Origin: an uncultured Candidatus Saccharibacteria bacterium
GTDB lineage: Bacteria; Patescibacteriota; Saccharimonadia; Saccharimonadales; EFPC-124
NCBI GenBank assembly: GCA_965225085.1
Contig: CBDDBE010000001.1
Span: forward strand, 257,641 to 321,640
Direction: 5' to 3'
Length of the DNA stretch: 64,000 bases
Shown in pieces: positions 27,220-35,668 of the stretch. Numbering within the stretch: position 1 is the first letter of the stretch; each line of letters begins with the position of its first letter. Made by a program: the position numbers and the translations under genes. The notes beneath the pieces were generated by a model, which was given only the letters and a program-made list of their open reading frames with translations, did no database searches and was not told the DNA's origin.

Positions 27220-27750
27220 ATGCGGCTCACTCGCTGCGCTTCGAAAAACCCGATCAAGCTGGGCGCAATCACGGACGCGCTTCGGATCACCAGGCCCAAC
27301 GAGCTCTTCGATGTGCGAGGATTGCCAGTCGAGCTCCAATCAGCAATTGGGTTCGATGTTCATGCGCAACCGGAAGGCTTACAACAAACCCTCCTATACG
27401 CCCAAATGCGTCTGAGCGAAATGTGCAGCCAACACGGTTTGGTCGCGTCCCTCGACGTTGTTGTCGAGAGTGGTGCGATCGATGGCGAAGATGTTGCCGT
27501 CGTAGTGCTCAAAGCTCCAAGCATGCGCGAGATAACGGTGGTCCTGTCACGAGGTATCCCGTTCCCTCCCGGCGTGTTGGACGAGGCGCGCAGGCGAGGC
27601 TTCAGGGCCGTGACTGCCGGAGATGTCATCCACGAAAAGTGGCCGCACATACCCAGCAACAACTGGCACGAGCACTTCCCACCCTACGTCTCGCGTCGAA
27701 CGCAGATCAGAGACGCGGTCATCCAAGGGCTGCAGCAAGTGCGGCTCTGA
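27220..27750 (+). CDS. probable inosine/xanthosine triphosphatase-like NTPase (DUF84/YjjX family)
   Basis: ATG at 27220 is preceded by AAGGAGG. Motifs are SKNPIKLGAI, AQPEGLQQTLLYAQMRL and VVESGAIDGED. The track ORF from 27049 is an over-extension. Confidence 0.55.
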   Translation: MRLTRCASKNPIKLGAITDALRITRPNELFDVRGLPVELQSAIGFDVHAQPEGLQQTLLYAQMRLSEMCSQHGLVASLDVVVESGAIDGEDVAVVVLKAPSMREITVVLSRGIPFPPGVLDEARRRGFRAVTAGDVIHEKWPHIPSNNWHEHFPPYVSRRTQIRDAVIQGLQQVRL

Positions 27751-27759
27751 TGACCCACC

Positions 27760-27794
27760 ATGCCGACCGGGCTGCCCCCGGTCGGCATTTCATT
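27760..27794 (+). terminator. Rho-independent-like terminator
   Basis: Perfect 11-bp stem atgccgaccgg (27760-27770) / ccggtcggcat (27778-27788) with a 7-nt loop, followed by ttcatt. Confidence 0.65.
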
Positions 27795-27802
27795 GGTAAA
27801 TA

Positions 27803-27831
27803 TGTGCAATAGACAATATTTATGCTATAAT
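27803..27831 (+). promoter_or_regulatory. candidate promoter with extended -10
   Basis: TGcTATAAT at 27823-27831 (hexamer 27826-27831), with a weak -35 TGTGCA 17 nt upstream. It lies 37 nt before ATG 27868. Confidence 0.45.
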
Positions 27832-27867
27832 ATGTTAGTTATACCGTCCCCGACACCAGGAGATACT

Positions 27868-28212
27868 ATGTCGATCGTCAATCCCGACGAGCCCATCGAC
27901 TATGCCGGCTTGACCACGCCATCAAGCTACACGTGCGGAGAATGTGGCCGGGCCGGCGTCAAGCTTTGGCGCGACTACGAGATCACCCTCCATCATCAAT
28001 CCTTGCTGTGCGCCGACTGTACTGCTAAGGCGCAGCGGAAGGACATCTCTAGCATGGGCCAAGATGGCATCTGGACAAGCGACCAGGTCTCGACCGACCA
28101 GATCGGCTGGCGTGTTCCAGCCGTGCCCACGGCCGCAAATGACGGGTTCTGGGGGTACACCAGTGTGCCGGATGATGCGTGCGCATGGTGGAAACGCCTC
28201 CCGCTTCGGTGA
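27868..28212 (+). CDS. hypothetical zinc-ribbon protein
   Basis: ATG at 27868 is preceded by AGGAGA. The zinc-ribbon segment is YTCGECGRAGVKLWRDY...LLCADCTAK. No family recognised. Confidence 0.5.
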   Translation: MSIVNPDEPIDYAGLTTPSSYTCGECGRAGVKLWRDYEITLHHQSLLCADCTAKAQRKDISSMGQDGIWTSDQVSTDQIGWRVPAVPTAANDGFWGYTSVPDDACAWWKRLPLR

Positions 28213-28234
28213 TCTGCCCCCGCATTCCCTGAGG

Positions 28235-28268
28235 AAAACAGCCCCGGAATGCTTCGGGGCTGTTTTTT
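28235..28268. terminator. bidirectional Rho-independent terminator
   Basis: aaaacagccccg-gaatgctt-cggggctgtttttt: a 9-bp GC-rich stem flanked by an A-tract and a T-tract, between convergent genes. Confidence 0.8.
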
Positions 28269-28297
28269 ATTTTTCGGATACTTCCAGAGCTCGATCG

Positions 28298-30391
28298 CTA
28301 TGGATGGTTCACAAGATAGGTGTGAATTGCATCAGCCCAGGCTTGGTATCCATCCTGATTGGGATGGAAGGGTGAATTTTGAATGCCCTTGAGCACAGCA
28401 TCGAAGGCATCTTTGGCATGCGCCTGGGGACCGTTCTGCCAGAAGTCGAAAACGGTTTGTTCGTTCAACGGGTTGACCCACGGCGTGGGCGAGCAGACTG
28501 TATGATCCTGAAGCAAATTGAGCGAATCTACAAACTCGGCCTTACCGCCGGTATTTGCCGCCATGACGCTCTGGGCGATTGTGTCGTTGAGGCTGCTGGA
28601 TTCTTGGCTCAGCCACGCAACTGACTCCTGCGGCAGCATATCGCAGCTGGCGGGTGGACTCTGTGGGAAAATGTCAGGGTAGCCGGCGACGATTATCCGA
28701 GCTTGTGGTGCAGCGGCATGTATCTTCTGGTACGCGTCCATCAGGTTGGTGGGCAAGTTTGCAATGGCTTTGTCGACCTGACTCTGTTGAGCTTTCTTGC
28801 AGGCATTGTTTATCTTCCCAGCCTTTGCGGCATCCGAACCGCCGGACACACTAGCCTTGCCCACGGCATAGTAACAATTGGATAGCACATTGCCGAACCC
28901 AATGTCATCGCCACCCACCGTCACAGTCACGAGGCTGACGGGATGAGCATTGTTGTGGATGGTAAGGAAGCCGATTTGGCTTGCAAGGTCACTCGTCTTG
29001 GCACCGGTGCAGGCCAAATTGCTCGGCGCCGTCAAATGCAGGTCGGGGTGACCCGCCTGGAGGAAGATCGGGAAAGAATTGCCCGAAACACGGCATGTTG
29101 GGTCATTGTACGGTGGCGCACCGTCCCCCGAAGAGAAGGAATCGCCCAGTGCATCGTAGTAGTTGACGACAGGCGGCTGGGCGCCGGACCCATAGACTTC
29201 GGCCTGCGCCGACGGATTGCTGCCGTCGTATCCGCCAGCCATGAGATACACACCGTCGCTGACGGTAGTTAGGTAAGCGCTTATTTGCGGGCTCTGCATG
29301 ACAGCATCGTCGGTCCACGTGTTTGCCACTGGGTCGTATATTTCACTGGTCAACGTAGCGCTCGTACCATTAGAGCCACCGCTTACCAATACGCTCCCGT
29401 TCGACATAAGGACCGCCCTAGCTCCAGCCCTAGCGTGATTCATTGACGTCGCCGAGCTCCATGTGCCTGCAGCGGGGTCGTAGATCTCGGCCTCAGCTAA
29501 ATTAACCCCGCCGTCCCCGCCGCCAGCTAGCAATATATGACCGTCCTGCAGCAATGTCAGGGTTGGAGCGCCAATCCCGTGAGGCAAACTACCCGTCTCG
29601 CTCCATGCGTTGGTTGCGGGGTCGTAGATCTCAACCTCTGGGCTGTTAGTCAGCCAGGGGCCTTCCCCACCCAGTAGCATCACGCGGCCGTCCTGCATTA
29701 GCACACCCGCATCGTTGCCTTCGCGTGCCAAAGGCAGCTGACCAGTGTAGCTCCATGTGCCGGTTGATGGGTCGTAAATCTCGGCAGACGAAAGGAACCG
29801 ATTGCCATCGGGTACGCCGTGCGCCCCCGCAGCCAGCAAAACGCGACCATCGGCCAACTTGACAGCAGTCGGATAGCGCCGCGGTGTATTCAGGCTACCC
29901 GTGTAGCTCCATGTTCCAGTCGAAGGGTCATACAATTCCGCCGACGAGTAGTCGTTGGAGGCGGTGGCGTCCGTTCCACCAGCGATCAGTATCTTCCCAT
30001 TATTGAGCGTAATCGCATTCGAAAAAGCAGCGCGCGGCTGGTTGACCGGCCCGCTGGCGCTCCATGTCTTCGCCACCGGATCGTACAGGTCGGTCACCGA
30101 CGTCAATGAGTTGCCCTGTTGTATACCGCTGACTACCATAATACGGCCATCCAGCAGCTTGGTCGATCCACCCAGCATGTGACTGGTGGTCATCGGCGTA
30201 GGTGTCGATTGCCAACTATTACTGGGCGTGTCTGCGATAGCCTGCGACGTTGTTATAAACGACGCGTACGGCACCAGCAGCAATGCAGTTGCAATAAGGC
30301 GCCGCGTTCGCCCACCTCCACGTAATAAAAATAGCGCTCGAAAGCGCCAAATACTTCTGCCTAACCAGCCATTCGGGTCAAAAATTACCAT
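28298..30391 (-). CDS. secreted Kelch-repeat beta-propeller fused to a C-terminal SGNH/GDSL hydrolase
   Basis: 697-aa ORF with an N-terminal signal/TM segment. Six (L/I)YDP...TW strand motifs sit among about 7 Kelch-type blades, with DGR(V/I)(L/M)..GG strands. The C-terminal domain starts with YYDALGDSFSSGDG (GDS nucleophile block, about 29141-29170). Confidence 0.8.
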   Translation of the reverse strand: MVIFDPNGWLGRSIWRFRALFLLRGGGRTRRLIATALLLVPYASFITTSQAIADTPSNSWQSTPTPMTTSHMLGGSTKLLDGRIMVVSGIQQGNSLTSVTDLYDPVAKTWSASGPVNQPRAAFSNAITLNNGKILIAGGTDATASNDYSSAELYDPSTGTWSYTGSLNTPRRYPTAVKLADGRVLLAAGAHGVPDGNRFLSSAEIYDPSTGTWSYTGQLPLAREGNDAGVLMQDGRVMLLGGEGPWLTNSPEVEIYDPATNAWSETGSLPHGIGAPTLTLLQDGHILLAGGGDGGVNLAEAEIYDPAAGTWSSATSMNHARAGARAVLMSNGSVLVSGGSNGTSATLTSEIYDPVANTWTDDAVMQSPQISAYLTTVSDGVYLMAGGYDGSNPSAQAEVYGSGAQPPVVNYYDALGDSFSSGDGAPPYNDPTCRVSGNSFPIFLQAGHPDLHLTAPSNLACTGAKTSDLASQIGFLTIHNNAHPVSLVTVTVGGDDIGFGNVLSNCYYAVGKASVSGGSDAAKAGKINNACKKAQQSQVDKAIANLPTNLMDAYQKIHAAAPQARIIVAGYPDIFPQSPPASCDMLPQESVAWLSQESSSLNDTIAQSVMAANTGGKAEFVDSLNLLQDHTVCSPTPWVNPLNEQTVFDFWQNGPQAHAKDAFDAVLKGIQNSPFHPNQDGYQAWADAIHTYLVNHP

Positions 30392-30462
30392 ACACGCCCC
30401 CTATATTATGTCTGAAGCATACTGGCAAAATATTAAAAATTCAAGATACTTTGAAGGTAAGC

Positions 30463-30960
30463 CTAATATGGCCAGGTCTTGGTGAGAGTGCTCGCCTGGA
30501 TAGGTTGCTTCTCGAAGATAACCGCGTGATTTTGCCAAAAAGCATGGCTCTCAGCCGTTTCGTCAGCGCTACCTGGAAAGGCTGGTCGGTATGAGCCCAC
30601 CCATACATTTTCCAGACGGTACTGCCCATCCTCTTGTGGTCGTTGCAGCACCAACGTCAGATACTGCGTTGCGAGCGGTTTGTTACTTTTGACAAATCGA
30701 GTATACACCGTGCTTTTGGTGAGCTGAGCATAAAAAATCGTATCAGCATCTGTCGTCTCGATCACAAAGTCATACCCCACAACGCGCCCCATATCGTGCA
30801 CGATGTTCTCCTGCGCGCTTGTGGGCGCCGTGTGCTGCAAGGCCTCGGCGGCAAGCGTCAACAAATGTGGCTGCTGCGCAATAGGCTTGGCAGCATCCGA
30901 ACTAATAAGGTCAACTTCGACTGGGATATTATTCTGTGTGTGTCCTATAAGATGTATCAT
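30463..30960 (-). CDS. hypothetical protein (165 aa)
   Basis: ATG at 30960 is preceded by AAGGAG at a 5-nt spacing (MIHLIGHTQNN...). No family recognised. Confidence 0.55.
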   Translation of the reverse strand: MIHLIGHTQNNIPVEVDLISSDAAKPIAQQPHLLTLAAEALQHTAPTSAQENIVHDMGRVVGYDFVIETTDADTIFYAQLTKSTVYTRFVKSNKPLATQYLTLVLQRPQEDGQYRLENVWVGSYRPAFPGSADETAESHAFWQNHAVIFEKQPIQASTLTKTWPY

Positions 30961-31172
30961 ATTACTCCTTGCAGAGCCCCGCAGGGATGCGTATCGATAC
31001 TTCCAAAAACCGCCGAAAACTTCAGGCCGACCGCCCACAAAACCCGAACAAACGAGGCCCTAACCCCACCCTGAGTCTGGGCGTACGCAAATGGAGTACT
31101 GTAGCGCTCATGGCCATTGGCGCGCGCAACGAACAAACCATCTGGCGTTACCCAGCTAGGGCTCTGGCCCAT
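30957..31172 (-). CDS. possible small protein translationally coupled to the downstream gene
   Basis: The frame ends ...GVI* with an ATGA stop/start overlap with the 30960 ATG. The candidate start at ATG 31172 has a weak RBS. The long open frame upstream is partly a shadow of the RRM gene. Confidence 0.3.
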   Translation of the reverse strand: MGQSPSWVTPDGLFVARANGHERYSTPFAYAQTQGGVRASFVRVLWAVGLKFSAVFGSIDTHPCGALQGVI

Positions 31173-31233
31173 ATCCGATGCCGATCGGAACAAGAGTTCG
31201 GCAGTGCCTCGTTTTTGCTTGATCGTCGTCTGA

Positions 31234-31524
31234 CTAGCGTCGGTATCCAGACGAGTTGTCACGACGTGGACCGTCTTCCTTTGGGCGAGCGACGCTAACA
31301 ACGATGCTGCGGTCTTCAAATGTCGTGCCGTCAAGAGCGCTGATCGCTTTTTCAGCTTCTTCTTGGTTTTCCATCTCGACAAAGCCGAAGCCCTTGGAAC
31401 GGCCGTTGTCTCGGTCGGTTGCAACGCGAGCGCTGACAATTGTGCCGTACTGAGCGAATAGTGCGTGCAGACTGTCATCGGTCGTGTTGAACGATAGTTT
31501 ACCTACGAATAGTTTAGTAGCCAT
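31234..31524 (-). CDS. RRM-type RNA-binding protein (second copy)
   Basis: 96-aa ORF. RNP2 is LFVGKL and RNP1 is KGFGFVEM. Confidence 0.9.
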   Translation of the reverse strand: MATKLFVGKLSFNTTDDSLHALFAQYGTIVSARVATDRDNGRSKGFGFVEMENQEEAEKAISALDGTTFEDRSIVVSVARPKEDGPRRDNSSGYRR

Positions 31525-31735
31525 TATATTAAGAGCCTTTCTGTTAGCTGATACTACAGCGAGATAGGGTCTTCGCTAGCCGAGAATAGAATGAGCTTTT
31601 AAAATGGCCGCACTATACGCTTGGTTAAGGTAGAATAACTTGCTATATATACAGTAGCACATTTCCCTCCATAAGCCTAATAACAGCACGTCAAAACCTG
31701 CTAAGGGTATAATAGAGCCTGAAACGAGGTACTCT

Positions 31736-33958
31736 ATTACGGACAACCCTGTTCCCAGAACGATCAAACGAATAGTACTTGTTGGCAATTACCCTCCGCG
31801 TCAGTGCGGAATCGCAACTTTTACGCAGGACTTATGCACGAATCTCAAGCTTCTACTGCCAGAGGTAGAATTTACTATTTGCGCTATGAACGAGACCATC
31901 CTGGACGCCCACGCCTATCCCAGCGAGGTTGCGCACCAGATAGACCAAGAGGACGAAGCGGCATATACGCAGACCGCCGAGGACATCAACAAACATTGGC
32001 ACGAAACTATTGTCATCGTGCAGCACGAGTACGGAATCTACGGGGGAGAATCGGGCCAGATGCTCCTAAAACTGCTCAGGGCGCTCCGCTGCCCGATAGT
32101 TGCAACGTTGCATACCGTGGTCGCCAAGCCTGACCAGAAAATGCGTGCCGTCACTCAAGAAATCATCGCCCTTTGTGACAAGCTGGTGGTGCTTACTGAG
32201 AGTTCACTCCAGCTTTTCAACGACCTATACCCGGACTCTGCCGGCAAAACAGTCCGAATTTCGCACGGCATTCACCCCCTACCGTACGTCGACCCAGCCA
32301 GCATGAAGCCCACGTTCAAGCTGGCCGACCGGAGCGTGCTTACAACCTTCGGGCTATTAAGTCGGAGCAAGGGTATCGAGTACATCATCTCGGCACTGCC
32401 AATAATAAAGCGAAAAATCCCCAACATTCTGTACTTGGTCGTGGGGCGAACACACCCAGCAGTCGTACGCCGCGAGGGACAATCGTACCGGCTCGAATTA
32501 GTAAGCCTGGTCAAAAAGCTAAGGCTGCAGAATCACGTACGTTTTGTGGATGATTTCTTGCCCGTGCAGGACATATTGCAACATCTGCAAGCTACGGACG
32601 TTTACGTTGCGACGTCGCTCAACCCAGAACAAGCCGTCAGCGGCACCCTGTCGTATGCGCTCGGAACAGGCCGCGCGGTGATAGCCACAAACTTTGCCCA
32701 AGCCAAAGAGATCGTCACCAGCGACATCGGCAGGATCGTGCCGATACTTGACTCCACCGCTGTCGCTGCAGCTGCGATCGAGCTCTTTAGCGACCATGAC
32801 GCACTGCAATCAATGGGGCACGCGGCCTATTCCCGCACGAGGTCAATGCTGTGGTCGAACGTCGCCGATGAGTACGCTGCGCTGATCGCGGACGTGCAAG
32901 GGACTGCCCTGCACAGATGGCCAATCCTCAGTACCTCCCATTTGCAGGCTATGACGGATCGCTTCGGAATGTTGCAATTCTCAAAACTAGACATGCCGGC
33001 GCGCGTTTCGGGATACACGCTCGACGACAATAGCAGGGCCTTGCAGGTCCTTTGCGCGGCCCGCCAGGAGGGCATGCTCCCCTCGACGACAATGTTCGAG
33101 AACTTGTCGCAGAAGTACATGCACGTGTTGGAAGCTTGCCTCACCCATTCCCCGCAGGTGAATTACCTCTCGGCCAAGACAAAATTGCCCACCAAGCAGA
33201 ACTTGACGGAAGACCTCAGCGACAGCCTAGCCCGGGCGTATTATGCCCTCCAGACGGCCAAATATTCCGGCCAGAAAACCTTAAGCCGGCGTGCCGCAAG
33301 CCTACTCACACGCGTTCCCAAGACACTACGGAGCTCGCCCTATCTCAAGACCACGACCCAGCTGCTACTCGGTGCAGCACATGCACTAGATGCCGGCGAT
33401 AAAGCCGCTCGATCACTAGTGTGGGATCTATCGGCAACTATGCTAGCCGCGTATCGATCTAGCTCGACCGACGAATGGAAATGGTACGAGGATTCCATGA
33501 CATACGCAAACGGCCAAATGTGCAGCAGCATGCTCGAGGTCGCACGCGTCACCGGGTCGAAGGAATGCAAGGAGGTTGGCGTCGAATCACTGGCATTCCT
33601 ATCGCAGGTTTGTTTTATGGGTGAGGTGTACGTGCCCATAGGTCAAAACGGCTGGCACACCAAAAACGGCCCTCGAGCGCTGTTCGACCAGCAACCCGAG
33701 GACGCTTTTTCGATGATGCACGCGCTAGAAAGTGCTTACAAACTGACGAAGGAAACGGGTTACATCCTCCAGGCCAAGAAGGTCTTCAGCTGGTTCATGG
33801 GCAATAACTTGATCGGCGCACGCATGTACGACGACAGAACCGGCGGATGCTACGATGGCCTGACACCACAGGGCGTCAACCGAAACGAAGGCGCCGAGTC
33901 GACGCTCTCTTTCCTGGGCGCCCGGCTAATTATGGAGCGGCTAGAAGCCAAAGATTGA
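31736..33958 (+). CDS. GT4-family glycosyltransferase fused to a large C-terminal alpha-helical domain; start codon uncertain
   Basis: The track ORF starts at ATG 31886. The in-frame upstream sequence encodes the canonical GT4 N-terminus KRIVLVGNYPPRQCGIATFTQDL (31766-31834). There is no ATG/GTG/TTG after the stop at 31655-31657. ATT 31736 has a GAGG box 6 nt upstream. The C-terminal half (about 300 aa) is not a GT domain. Confidence 0.75.
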   Translation: MTDNPVPRTIKRIVLVGNYPPRQCGIATFTQDLCTNLKLLLPEVEFTICAMNETILDAHAYPSEVAHQIDQEDEAAYTQTAEDINKHWHETIVIVQHEYGIYGGESGQMLLKLLRALRCPIVATLHTVVAKPDQKMRAVTQEIIALCDKLVVLTESSLQLFNDLYPDSAGKTVRISHGIHPLPYVDPASMKPTFKLADRSVLTTFGLLSRSKGIEYIISALPIIKRKIPNILYLVVGRTHPAVVRREGQSYRLELVSLVKKLRLQNHVRFVDDFLPVQDILQHLQATDVYVATSLNPEQAVSGTLSYALGTGRAVIATNFAQAKEIVTSDIGRIVPILDSTAVAAAAIELFSDHDALQSMGHAAYSRTRSMLWSNVADEYAALIADVQGTALHRWPILSTSHLQAMTDRFGMLQFSKLDMPARVSGYTLDDNSRALQVLCAARQEGMLPSTTMFENLSQKYMHVLEACLTHSPQVNYLSAKTKLPTKQNLTEDLSDSLARAYYALQTAKYSGQKTLSRRAASLLTRVPKTLRSSPYLKTTTQLLLGAAHALDAGDKAARSLVWDLSATMLAAYRSSSTDEWKWYEDSMTYANGQMCSSMLEVARVTGSKECKEVGVESLAFLSQVCFMGEVYVPIGQNGWHTKNGPRALFDQQPEDAFSMMHALESAYKLTKETGYILQAKKVFSWFMGNNLIGARMYDDRTGGCYDGLTPQGVNRNEGAESTLSFLGARLIMERLEAKD

Positions 33959-34924
33959 AGCGAGATCGATAGTTGCCGTGCAAATAACCGTATCGCCACC
34001 GCTGTAATATAGCCGAACTTGGTCATCCACCAATACCGCACCGCAACAAAACACAGCCTTAGGCAACCTGCCTTGTTGGGCTAATTGCTGAATATCATCC
34101 GCGCCAAGCGTCTTCAGCCGCTTGAAGCCGCCCTCAATAATGTCAACAAGGCCAGATGTTTCGTATGGCTTTTCCGGCGTAAGGATTGGCTCCGTGCGTC
34201 TCCACAGAAGCTTCCGAGGCTCAGCCCTATCAAAAAGAGCCGCGCCCAGACAATACGTACGCTGAGCATCCATCCGATCGACACCATGATACAACGCTAG
34301 CCAGCCGTGATCGGTCAGCATAGGAGGTGGGCCCATCTCTACGTAGCCCGCGTCGAAATGCCCACCCCGTGCGCCCAGAACCGCCTCCGGCTCGACCTCC
34401 CAATTAATTAAATCATCCGAAGAAGCGGCCCATATGTGGCTATCCCCGAACAAAAGCCGATATTTCCCATCGATCTTTTCCGGATACATTGCCGCGGCCT
34501 TCGACCAGTTCGACGGCAAGTCTTCGCGCTGTGGCTGGTTCAGATCTGGGAACATCAGTGTACGTTTGCTCCACGTCTTGAGGTCAGTAGACGACGCCAT
34601 AGCCGCCCGTGCTGTATCGCCGTCGAACCCGGTATAAGTAATGTGATAGCTGTCGCCAAATTTGACAATCCGTGGGTCCTCGCAGCCCTTTTGCTCCCAT
34701 GGCTCTAGCGGCGAGAAGACCGGGGATTGCTCGATCGTAAAGTGCTCGCCATCGTCGCTATAGGCAATGCCCAACCTCGAAACCCAATCGTCGCCAATAG
34801 CTCGAAACAGCATCACGTACCTTCCACCCTGCCGATACACGCCACAGTTATAGACCTTCTTGCTGGCCCACGGCAGATCGGGCTGCGCCAACAGAATAGG
34901 GTTGAGCGAACTTCGTATAAGCAT
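33941..34924 (-). CDS. GH130-family glycoside hydrolase/phosphorylase (beta-mannoside phosphorylase-like, 5-bladed propeller)
   Basis: 327-aa ORF with NPIL...WASKKVYNCGVYRQGGRYVMLFRA, CEDPRIVKFGDSYHITYTGF, WLALYHGVD and VRLYYSGGDT. Confidence 0.85.
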   Translation of the reverse strand: MLIRSSLNPILLAQPDLPWASKKVYNCGVYRQGGRYVMLFRAIGDDWVSRLGIAYSDDGEHFTIEQSPVFSPLEPWEQKGCEDPRIVKFGDSYHITYTGFDGDTARAAMASSTDLKTWSKRTLMFPDLNQPQREDLPSNWSKAAAMYPEKIDGKYRLLFGDSHIWAASSDDLINWEVEPEAVLGARGGHFDAGYVEMGPPPMLTDHGWLALYHGVDRMDAQRTYCLGAALFDRAEPRKLLWRRTEPILTPEKPYETSGLVDIIEGGFKRLKTLGADDIQQLAQQGRLPKAVFCCGAVLVDDQVRLYYSGGDTVICTATIDLASIFGF

Positions 34925-35088
34925 ATGCTAAGTGTACAGGTATTACTCGGCAAAGACGACTTTGGCCGATTCGTATATTAAAAAGGACCTTGTCACCGAC
35001 CGCATCGACGAATAGCCGAGGGTCTCGCGTCCAGGTCCTTTGCCGGGAAGGTCTTCTTACCTTATCTTCCCGGCCTCCATGAGCTTGG

Positions 35089-35502
35089 TTAGCGAACCGT
35101 ACCATCCGGTGCTACGGTTTCGCCATTGGTTCGCTCATTATCACACTGCGGGCATGGGCCAACCGGCACTCCGCTCTCCTGCGTCCACTCTTCGCCGTTG
35201 TTGGCGCGGGCAATCCGCCCAGAGCTACGTGGATCGTGATGGTAGATACGAGATTGATCTGCGAACAGCCAATACCAGCAACAGGCGAACTGGCAGTCCT
35301 GCACAAATCGCACCGTCTGACCACCTCGGCGAGCAAGTGTGACTTCGTTAGGAATGTGCTGCGCGCCATTGCCCATGTCGGCTACATCCGAGCCCGGGAA
35401 CAGGCTGCCCCTGTCGCCCAAGCCCCTCATCAGGCTTGCCTGCAAGGCAAAGCGGATCGAATCTGGGTCCCCGCCTCCGGAAAACCGTCCTTGGTGTACC
35501 AT
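35089..35502 (-). CDS. hypothetical protein
   Basis: ATG at 35502 is preceded by GAAAGGTG (MVHQGRFSGGGDPDS...). No family recognised. Confidence 0.45.
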   Translation of the reverse strand: MVHQGRFSGGGDPDSIRFALQASLMRGLGDRGSLFPGSDVADMGNGAQHIPNEVTLARRGGQTVRFVQDCQFACCWYWLFADQSRIYHHDPRSSGRIARANNGEEWTQESGVPVGPCPQCDNERTNGETVAPDGTVR

Positions 35503-35610
35503 ATCCGACACCTTTCGATCTCTGGGGTTTTCTCCCTCTCGAACTTCTTACGAGTGTAAGATGTTTAGATATAATACCATATTATCTTAAAACGAACATC
35601 GGCTACAACG

Positions 35611-35640
35611 AAACAGCCCATCCGTATGGTGCTGTTTTTG
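35611..35640 (-). terminator. terminator downstream of the chromosomal NUDIX gene
   Basis: aaacagcccat-ccgt-atggtgctgttttt: a stem of about 9 bp with one bulge and A/T tracts on both sides. Confidence 0.55.
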
Positions 35641-35668
35641 TTAATTCGACCTAGGGCTGCCACCTACG

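Noticed and set aside
27138-27812. 224-aa Arg-rich ORF overlapping the YjjX-like gene in another frame
   Set aside because: Its extreme Arg/Cys/Pro content and lack of an RBS argue against it. The alternative frame has an AAGGAGG RBS and family motifs.
29300-30200. Periodic nucleotide repeats (gggtcgtagatctc... roughly every 140-150 nt) that could be mistaken for a CRISPR-like or tandem-repeat array
   Set aside because: They are the codon-level echo of Kelch blades (I/LYDP...TW) within one continuous ORF. There is no spacer/repeat architecture and no cas genes. No CRISPR array was seen anywhere in the window.
31173-31478. Upper part of the 173-aa minus-strand ORF 30957..31478
   Set aside because: It overlaps the RRM gene (31234..31524) in another frame. 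Only the non-overlapping 3' part, from 31172 down, is considered a possible gene.
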